From Crocinitomicaceae bacterium (GTDB taxonomy: Bacteria; Bacteroidota; Bacteroidia; Flavobacteriales_D; CAJJDF01), in assembly GCA_024639505.1 (NCBI GenBank), contig JAHEIE010000119.1:6193-70192 (forward strand): a stretch of DNA of 64,000 bases, given 5' to 3'. A program made the translations under genes and the position numbers. Below are positions 57,017-64,000 of this stretch, piece by piece. The notes under the pieces were generated by a model. The model had not been told where the DNA came from, searched no databases, and saw only the letters and a list, made by a program, of their open reading frames with translations. Every line of letters begins with the position of its first letter. The stretch's first letter is position 1.

Positions 57017-59429
57017 AACTGCCCCCAAAAAAAACAGAAAATGGTTGAAGCGACTTGCATGGATTCTAGTTTTAGGTCCATTTGTAGCGCTGGCTTTTGC
57101 TCTCTTAATCGTAAGGTATTTTACCGACTTACCGAGTATTGAGGAACTAGATAATCCCAAAAGTAATTTGGCCTCGCAAGTAATTACCAGTGATGGAGTT
57201 GTGATTGGTGAATATTATTTACAAAATAGAACTCATGTAGATTATCATGAATTATCCAAAAACTTGGTAAAAGCACTTGTGGCTACTGAAGACGAAAGAT
57301 TTTATAGCCATTCGGGAATAGATGCCGAGGCGCTTGCCAGGGCAATCAGAGGAATGGGAAAAGATGGAGGAGGAAGTACTTTGTCGCAGCAGTTGGCTTT
57401 GAATCTGTATGGAGAAAGAGCTTCGGGATTCATAAACAGAGTGAAGCAAAAGCTAGGAGAATGGATTATTGCTGCTAAACTGGAAAAAAGATATACAAAG
57501 GAAGAAATAATGACGATGTATTTCAATAAAGTTGATTTCCTAAACCAAGGAGTTGGTATTCATTCTGCAGCCAAAGTATATTTTAGTAAAACACCAGACG
57601 AACTCAGTATACAAGAAGCTGCAATGCTTGTGGGAATGGTAAAAAACCCGAATGGTTATAACCCAAAAAGATTTCCGGAAGCTGCCCTAAAAAGAAGGGA
57701 AGTTGTATTGAAGCAAATGATGAATAACGATTTCTTGAACAGAGAACAATACGATTCTATAAGAGTTTTGCCGCTGGGATTAAATCTTACATCGGTAGAT
57801 CACAAAGAAGGAATTGCACCTTATTTTAGAGAAGGATTAAGAGCTGACCTAAACAGAATGATGGATGAAAAGGATGAAGATGGAAAGTATAAGTATCTGA
57901 ACAAAGAAACCGGAAAGCCCTATAATATCAGGAAAGATGGATTGAAGATATACACGACAATCGATTCGAGAATGCAGAAATATGCAGAGTATGCCGTGAT
58001 GGAACACCTAGGAAACGAACTCCAAAATGATTTGCATAAAGCAATGAAAAGTAAGTATTCGTATCCACGATATCCGTTTGTGAAAGCGATAGACGAAAAG
58101 GAAGCAGATCAAATTTTGACTAGAGCCAAAAAGCAAACCATGTTGTACAAAACCCTCACTGGCGCTGCTTGTGCTCAATGTGAAAGATCTGGAACAAAAA
58201 AGAAAAAAGGGAAATATATCTGTAACTACAATCCAAATCACATCAATAGAAGTTATACCAAAGCGGAAATCGACACGATTTTTAATACTCCAGTAGAAAC
58301 TCAAGTATTCGATTGGACAGCCAAAGGCTATGAAAAAGATACTGTGATTTCTCCGATGGATAAAATTAAGTATTTGAAGAGTTTTTTGAGAGCTGGAATG
58401 ATGTCAATGGATCCAAAAACTGGATTTGTAAAAGCATGGGTTGGAGGGCCAAACTTCAAGTATTTTCAATACGACATGGTGAGAACTGGGAAGAGACAAG
58501 TAGGGTCTACTTTTAAACCAATTGTATACGCCTCAGCAATAGATGCGGGCGTTTGTTATCCTTGTGAAGAAATACTGAATATAGAGCATTGTTGCCCTAT
58601 TCCCGATAACGAGAATAGACAATGGTGTCCGAAAAATGCTGGAGAAAAGTTCAATGGATTGCCTTACCAAGTTAAGTTTGGATTGGCTTCTTCTATGAAT
58701 AGTATTACTGCTGCAGTGATGAGAAAAATTGGCCCTAAAAAAGTGAGAGAAAATGCCATAAAAATGGGATTGGATGGGAATCAAATAAATGAATATCCTT
58801 CGATAGCACTTGGGGCCGTAGACCTATCTGTGTATGAAATGGTAGGAGCTATGAGCACATTTGCCAACAATGGGGTTTTTATTAAACCGATCATTATTAC
58901 AAGGATTGAGGATAAAAATGGAGCTGTTATTTATGAAGCACAACCAGAAACAGACCAAATATTTGATGCTAATTTATCGGCTACCATGATAAAGATGATG
59001 AAAGGTGTGGTTGATGGAGTGTACAATCCTGCAACCAAAAAGTATGGAGGAACCTCTATGCGATTGAGATCATCTTGGAAGAAATATGGTAATATAAAAT
59101 ACCCAATTGCAGGTAAAACTGGAACAACACAAAGCAACAGCGATGGATGGTTTATTGGACTTACGCCCGATTTGGTTTCGGGAGTGTGGGTTGGTGGAGA
59201 AGACCGTGGAGTGAGATTTGTGAACACAGGATTAGGTCAAGGAGCCAATACGGGTCTTCCGATTTGGGGATATTACATGAATAAGATTTACAAGGATTCA
59301 ACCATCAAGATATCAAAAGGTGATTTTGAATTGCCCGAGAACTATCAGGATGATTACACAAATTGCTCTGAGCAGGATGTGAATGAATCAATAGATTATA
59401 ATAATTTTTCGAATAGCGGATTATTTTAA
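57003..59429 (+). CDS. mrcA: class A penicillin-binding protein (PBP1A: glycosyltransferase + transpeptidase)
   Basis: GT51 motifs 'ATEDERFYSHSGID' and 'GGSTLSQQLA'. Transpeptidase motifs 'GSTFKP' (SxxK), 'SMN' and 'KTGTT'. Confidence 0.9.
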   Translation: MSQDKTAPKKNRKWLKRLAWILVLGPFVALAFALLIVRYFTDLPSIEELDNPKSNLASQVITSDGVVIGEYYLQNRTHVDYHELSKNLVKALVATEDERFYSHSGIDAEALARAIRGMGKDGGGSTLSQQLALNLYGERASGFINRVKQKLGEWIIAAKLEKRYTKEEIMTMYFNKVDFLNQGVGIHSAAKVYFSKTPDELSIQEAAMLVGMVKNPNGYNPKRFPEAALKRREVVLKQMMNNDFLNREQYDSIRVLPLGLNLTSVDHKEGIAPYFREGLRADLNRMMDEKDEDGKYKYLNKETGKPYNIRKDGLKIYTTIDSRMQKYAEYAVMEHLGNELQNDLHKAMKSKYSYPRYPFVKAIDEKEADQILTRAKKQTMLYKTLTGAACAQCERSGTKKKKGKYICNYNPNHINRSYTKAEIDTIFNTPVETQVFDWTAKGYEKDTVISPMDKIKYLKSFLRAGMMSMDPKTGFVKAWVGGPNFKYFQYDMVRTGKRQVGSTFKPIVYASAIDAGVCYPCEEILNIEHCCPIPDNENRQWCPKNAGEKFNGLPYQVKFGLASSMNSITAAVMRKIGPKKVRENAIKMGLDGNQINEYPSIALGAVDLSVYEMVGAMSTFANNGVFIKPIIITRIEDKNGAVIYEAQPETDQIFDANLSATMIKMMKGVVDGVYNPATKKYGGTSMRLRSSWKKYGNIKYPIAGKTGTTQSNSDGWFIGLTPDLVSGVWVGGEDRGVRFVNTGLGQGANTGLPIWGYYMNKIYKDSTIKISKGDFELPENYQDDYTNCSEQDVNESIDYNNFSNSGLF

Positions 59430-59441
59430 AAGACAAAAAGC

Positions 59442-60137
59442 ATGAACAAAATAGTAGCAAACGTAGAAGAAGCTTGTGAAGGAATACAAGACGGAATGAC
59501 TCTAATGATAGGAGGATTTGGCTTGTGTGGAATTCCAGAAAATTCTATTTCGGAGTTGGTTAAATTGAATGTAACAGGGTTGACCTGTATTTCGAATAAC
59601 GCAGGAGTAGATGATTTTGGGTTAGGATTACTCCTTCAGAAAAAGCAAATTAAAAAGATGATATCTTCTTACGTAGGCGAAAATGATGAGTTTGAGCGTC
59701 AAATGCTAAGCGGAGAACTTGAAGTGGATTTAATTCCTCAAGGTTCGCTTGCAGAAAGATGTCGAGCAGGTGGAGCTGGGATTCCAGCATTTTTTACACC
59801 AGCTGGCTACGGAACCGAAGTTGCAGAAGGAAAGGAGGTGAGAGAGTTTGACGGAAAGCCTCACATATTGGAATCAGCATTAACAGCTGATTTTGCTATA
59901 GTAAAAGCCTGGAAAGGAGATACAGCCGGGAATTTAGTTTTCAAAGGAACAGCAAGAAACTTTAATCCGATGATGGCAATGGCCGGAAAAATAACCATTG
60001 CTGAGGTAGAAGAATTGTTAGAGCCAGGAGAGCTAAATCCAAATGAAATTCATACGCCAGGAATTTTCGTACAGCGAATTTTTCAAGGAAAAGGATACGA
60101 GAAAAGAATTGAGCAAAGAACGGTTCGTCAAAAATAA
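59442..60137 (+). CDS. scoA: 3-oxoacid CoA-transferase subunit A
   Basis: '[10 protein letters not shown]', '[15 protein letters not shown]', 'SYVGEN..FERQ' and '[15 protein letters not shown]'. Confidence 0.88.
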   Translation: MNKIVANVEEACEGIQDGMTLMIGGFGLCGIPENSISELVKLNVTGLTCISNNAGVDDFGLGLLLQKKQIKKMISSYVGENDEFERQMLSGELEVDLIPQGSLAERCRAGGAGIPAFFTPAGYGTEVAEGKEVREFDGKPHILESALTADFAIVKAWKGDTAGNLVFKGTARNFNPMMAMAGKITIAEVEELLEPGELNPNEIHTPGIFVQRIFQGKGYEKRIEQRTVRQK

Positions 60138-60164
60138 TTTTCAAATAACCAAATTGAATAAACT

Positions 60165-60821
60165 ATGGCTTTAAATAAAAACGAAATAGCACAAAGAATA
60201 GCACAAGAATTACAAAGCGGATGGTACGTTAATTTAGGAATTGGTATTCCTACTTTGGTGGCTAATTATATTTCAAAAGGAATAGAAGTTGAGTTTCAAT
60301 CCGAGAATGGGATTTTAGGAATGGGTCCGTTTCCTTTCGAAGGCGAGGAGGATGCAGACTTGATAAACGCAGGAAAGCAAACCATTACAGCTTTGCCAGG
60401 TGCGGTTTATTTCGATTCCGCAACAAGTTTTGCTATGATAAGAGGGCAGCATGTTCAGTTAACAGTTTTGGGTGCAATGGAGGTTTCGGAAACAGGCGAT
60501 ATCGCCAACTGGAAAATTCCGGGTAAAATGGTGAAAGGAATGGGAGGAGCAATGGATTTGGTCGCTTCGGCAGATAATATTATTGTTGCAATGATGCACA
60601 CAAATAGAGCAGGAGAATCAAAACTTTTGAAATCATGTTCGCTTCCACTTACTGGAGTTGGCTGTGTAAAAAAGATTGTAACAAACCTAGCAGTTTTGGA
60701 GGTTGTAAAAGGTGGGTTTAAATTACTAGAGAGAGCTCCAGGTGTTTCTGTAGAAGAAATTAAAGCGGCTACCGAAGGAACATTAATCATTGAGGGCGAT
60801 ATTCCTGAAATGAAACTATAG
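60165..60821 (+). CDS. scoB: 3-oxoacid CoA-transferase subunit B
   Basis: 'YVNLGIGIPTLVANY', 'QSENGILGMGP' (catalytic Glu region) and 'GMGGAMDLV'. Confidence 0.88.
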   Translation: MALNKNEIAQRIAQELQSGWYVNLGIGIPTLVANYISKGIEVEFQSENGILGMGPFPFEGEEDADLINAGKQTITALPGAVYFDSATSFAMIRGQHVQLTVLGAMEVSETGDIANWKIPGKMVKGMGGAMDLVASADNIIVAMMHTNRAGESKLLKSCSLPLTGVGCVKKIVTNLAVLEVVKGGFKLLERAPGVSVEEIKAATEGTLIIEGDIPEMKL

Positions 60822-60862
60822 GCTTTCTATCTTTCTTTGAACTCTAAGAAGAGATAAATCAT

Positions 60863-60899
60863 AAAAAAAGGCTTTCATGAAATTGAAAGCCTTTTTTTA
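60863..60899. terminator. bidirectional rho-independent terminator (scoB / M4 peptidase)
   Basis: 9-bp stem aggctttca/tgaaagcct with a 6-nt loop, an A-run before it and a T-run after it. Confidence 0.8.
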
Positions 60900-60917
60900 T
60901 GTCCAGTATAGTATGAG

Positions 60918-63900
60918 TTATTGTTTGATAAATTTATTTGTTTGTCCATTTACAATAATCAAATAAGTTCCTGCTGCAAATCCCGAAACGTCAATTTTAT
61001 CAGTAAACTGCAAGGACTTATTTGTATTCTTGTTTTTATACAAAACTTTACCAAGTAAATCCATAATAACAAGATTACTTTCGCTTTGTTGATTGAAGTT
61101 AGCCTCTACTGTTACAAAGTTGTGTGATGGGTTTGGATATATGTTCAGGCTGTTTATTTTATCTGATTCTGATAGTCCAACAAGAGAACAGTTCCAGTCG
61201 ATATCAAAGCCATCTAATTCTAATCCTGCATCTGCATAAAACTTTATGGTTATAGCATTTCCCGAAGAGGTAAGAGGAGATGGAGGGATGCTTGAGTTGC
61301 AATATTTTCCGATAAGTGGAGATGTAGTATTAGGACCATCGTAAATGGTCATGTAATCATAAATGCAATTGTCTGCTTCCACATCAAATGTATTGAATGT
61401 AAGCGTTAAATTTACAGCTGAAGGAGGGGCTATAGTTACAAAAGTAGTTTGGTTTGGTGAATAGTCGTTTGAGTAACTCCCGTCATCAAGAATCTTCCCG
61501 TTACACTCTGTTAAAGTCCCCAAAGTTCCACCGTTTGGCAGGCAAGTTCCTCTTATATTAATGGTTTGGTAAGCAGTATCGCTACCTCCAGGATTACTAG
61601 CAATAAGTCGAACTACATAAGAGCCGTCAGCAGTATATCTCAAAACTGGACTGTTAGCAGTAGAGGTTGCAATTGTGCTACCTGTCATTGTCCAGCTATA
61701 GCTTGTTGCAGAAAAACTCGTATTTGTGATATTAATAATTTCGTTTTGGCACACTAAATTTGGAGTAGCGACAAAGCTAGCAATAGGAGCTGGGTAGGTA
61801 TAAAGACAGTTCCAATCGATATCAAAACCTGATTCCTCTAGCCCACCATCTACTCTGAATCTTAAAAACAAACTACTAGAGCTTGATGTGATTGAAGCTG
61901 GTGGTGGGTTATTATTGCAATATCGTCCAATTCTTGTTCCAGCAGTTGAAGTTCCTTCGTAAATCTCTAAATAATCATAATTACAAGTTGTTCCTGTAGA
62001 CCCTTGTTCGACATCAAATAAATTGAAGTTAAGAACAACATTGGTTGCTCCTGTTGGGGATATTGTAAAGGTACTTATTTGATTTGCTGAATAGTTTCCA
62101 GACGAACCGCCATCATCTATTAATGTTCCTGAACATTCGGTTGTACTCATCGAAGAGTTTCGAACTAAAATTGTTGGGCATGGAAGCAATGTGTCAATCG
62201 TTACATGAGATATTTTAATAATTGAATCTTGTCCGCAAGTTCCACCGTTTGCTAATAAGGTTACATTAAAAGGTCCCGGTCCTGATGTATAAGTGTGAGA
62301 TGGGTTTGTTGCAGCACTCGTATTACCGTCTCCAAAGTTCCAACTATAGGCAGATGCATTGTTACTTTGGTTGGTAAAAGAAACAGCGTGAGGAAATTTA
62401 CAGCCAATTGAATCCGATGTTGTAAAATTAGCGCTTACACCCGGTACATAAGCTGGTCCAACACCTACTGCATGCCAAGCATTGGTAGTAGCAATTACCG
62501 CGGGAGAACAAGCTCCATACAAATCTGTTGCAGCTTTTATCGCATAAAATCTTGCGTCAGAATGTTGAGAGTTTCTTCCTAGATAAACTGTAAGGTTTCT
62601 AAAGGCGATTCTTGCAGCTGTGTCAAGTCCCAAAGGTGCAACGGAATACGAATCTCCATTGTCGTTGGTTCCAGTTCCCCCATTTACCAACAAGTAAAAC
62701 CAAAAGTTTTGTACTCCACTGTTGGTATGTACTCCGCCATTATCTGCAGTTCCTGTATAGTAATTTGTACCCATATATGTATCCGGATCTCCTTTTGCGT
62801 TTGGATTCGACATGGATCTGAAATAATTCGTTCCCGATGTATAAATTTCATCCCCCATTTCCCAGTCTGCTTGTGACGGTCTTGCCCAAAAATCAATAGC
62901 GACACCAAAAATATCACTAAAAGATTCGTTTAAAGCTCCGGATTCATAAGAGTAAACTAGATTTGCTGTATTAGATGTAAGTCCATGTGATATCTCATGA
63001 CCGGCAATCGCCATAGTTGTTAGAGCGGTAATGGATGTTCCATTTCCATCTCCATAGGTCATTCTGCTGCCATCCCAAAAAGCATTTACATAATTATTGT
63101 CATAATGAATGTAACTAACCAACTTAAATCCTAGTCCATCAATACTGTTTCTAGCATGAACATTCCAAAAATAATCGTAAGTCATTTCTGCGCCCCAGTG
63201 AGCATCTAAAGCATATTGATCATCATTCGTTGTTGAAGTCCAAATGTTGTTATTGTCTGTAAAATCGACAGCACTCCCATAAGTTGTTCCAGTATTCATA
63301 TCATAGGTTTCAATTCCATTTCCTCTTCCCGATTCTCTCAGTCTGTAGTTGGATGGAGAAGTAGAATCTGTAACGATACTTCTCGTCCCGCTGTATCCGG
63401 TGTTGGCAGTTCCTGCAGCGTCAGCATGATGAATGAAATCGTTTTTAAAAACCACTTTTCCCATAGAAGCATCTACATAATAGTCGGCTCTACTCACTGG
63501 TTTATGCGCATATATATTAAATTTGTATGCAAGAGCAGTACCATTTCTGGTTTGCAAATACACCAATTCTCCTTTTGGATAAAATGTAGCAGATGGGTTA
63601 TGAGAATCTTCTTTAATAAACTCTTCTTCTTCTGAAACTTGCCACTTGTATATATCAGCATTAATTGTTCTCAAAGCAGATGCAAGAGCCTCATTCTCCG
63701 AAACATAAGTTGTTGTATTGGCTGAAAAATCAGATATCAGATTGCCACTTAAACTGGTAATTATTCCATTTTTTTGATGAATAGTTACAAAGTTCAACTC
63801 AAAAGGAATAGAGTTGGCTACTTGCTGATATTTAATGTGTGTAAATCCTAATGGATCGGTTTCTCTTTTGACTTCTCTTAGTTCAAATGAATTTTTTGAA

Positions 63901-64000
63901 AAAGAATTAACTAAAGCAGTGATTTCTGACAAAGTTGGAGAATACTTGGATTGAAACTCGATAAAACCTGGGATCGCTGACCCTTGATTTAAAAATTCTT
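60918..64000 (-). CDS. M4 (thermolysin-like) zinc metallopeptidase with PKD-CUB-PKD-CUB tail and T9SS C-terminal domain; N-terminus lies outside the window
   Basis: The reading frame stays open upstream of the TTG at 63932 to the window edge (..FLNQGSAIPGFIEFQSKYSPTL..), so the gene is truncated. 'AGHEISHGLT' (HExxH, about 62985-62999) and 'GALNESFSDIFG' (third Zn ligand). PKD motifs 'WNFGDGNTS' and 'YSWTMTG'. Two CUB-like modules at about 61800-62180 and 61181-61544. The CTD is 'LNIYPNPSHNFVTV..GTYLIIVNGQTNKFIKQ'. Confidence 0.85.
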   Translation of the reverse strand, partial: EFLNQGSAIPGFIEFQSKYSPTLSEITALVNSFSKNSFELREVKRETDPLGFTHIKYQQVANSIPFELNFVTIHQKNGIITSLSGNLISDFSANTTTYVSENEALASALRTINADIYKWQVSEEEEFIKEDSHNPSATFYPKGELVYLQTRNGTALAYKFNIYAHKPVSRADYYVDASMGKVVFKNDFIHHADAAGTANTGYSGTRSIVTDSTSPSNYRLRESGRGNGIETYDMNTGTTYGSAVDFTDNNNIWTSTTNDDQYALDAHWGAEMTYDYFWNVHARNSIDGLGFKLVSYIHYDNNYVNAFWDGSRMTYGDGNGTSITALTTMAIAGHEISHGLTSNTANLVYSYESGALNESFSDIFGVAIDFWARPSQADWEMGDEIYTSGTNYFRSMSNPNAKGDPDTYMGTNYYTGTADNGGVHTNSGVQNFWFYLLVNGGTGTNDNGDSYSVAPLGLDTAARIAFRNLTVYLGRNSQHSDARFYAIKAATDLYGACSPAVIATTNAWHAVGVGPAYVPGVSANFTTSDSIGCKFPHAVSFTNQSNNASAYSWNFGDGNTSAATNPSHTYTSGPGPFNVTLLANGGTCGQDSIIKISHVTIDTLLPCPTILVRNSSMSTTECSGTLIDDGGSSGNYSANQISTFTISPTGATNVVLNFNLFDVEQGSTGTTCNYDYLEIYEGTSTAGTRIGRYCNNNPPPASITSSSSSLFLRFRVDGGLEESGFDIDWNCLYTYPAPIASFVATPNLVCQNEIINITNTSFSATSYSWTMTGSTIATSTANSPVLRYTADGSYVVRLIASNPGGSDTAYQTINIRGTCLPNGGTLGTLTECNGKILDDGSYSNDYSPNQTTFVTIAPPSAVNLTLTFNTFDVEADNCIYDYMTIYDGPNTTSPLIGKYCNSSIPPSPLTSSGNAITIKFYADAGLELDGFDIDWNCSLVGLSESDKINSLNIYPNPSHNFVTVEANFNQQSESNLVIMDLLGKVLYKNKNTNKSLQFTDKIDVSGFAAGTYLIIVNGQTNKFIKQ

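Overview
The window is a low-GC, tightly packed chromosomal segment that looks like Bacteroidota, probably class Flavobacteriia. Three things support this. Five proteins end in type IX secretion (T9SS) C-terminal sorting domains. A gldH-like gliding lipoprotein gene is present. Start codons sit in A-rich contexts without Shine-Dalgarno sequences, and several lie downstream of TAnnTTTG -7 boxes. Most of the roughly 50 genes are housekeeping: trpS, rnhA, purN, yebC-like, waaA, recQ-family, gltX, ribF, atpDC, rfbC, uvrA, aspS, sucD, mnmE, ung, era, holB, a PBP1A gene and scoAB. By eye I found no rRNA, tRNA, CRISPR array, transposase, integrase or recognisable defence island. The accessory-looking content is secretome. 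It comprises a PorZ-like propeller protein, an S8 peptidase, an M4 (thermolysin-like) peptidase with a PKD-CUB-PKD-CUB tail, and two adjacent giant modular T9SS cargo genes (36203-41863 and 42002-46366). The first giant gene contains a 1.6 kb in-frame tandem duplication of a beta-helix plus FN3 unit. The second alternates MAM-like and FN3 modules five times. The two genes share a colinear block of about 1.9 kb at their 3' ends. Smaller observations: arrays of hairpins without U-tracts, built from GATTC/GAATC arms, at convergent gene ends; a LytTR response regulator plus stand-alone Hpt pair with no kinase; ung directly abutting an exonuclease/GIY-YIG fusion gene; two promoter boxes 4 nt upstream of ATGs, which may give leaderless mRNAs; and a 370 bp non-coding gap that could hold a small transcript. 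I see no strong evidence for a wholly new multi-gene system. The giant paralogue pair is the best candidate for new biology. All family assignments come from motif and architecture recognition by eye, not from database searches.
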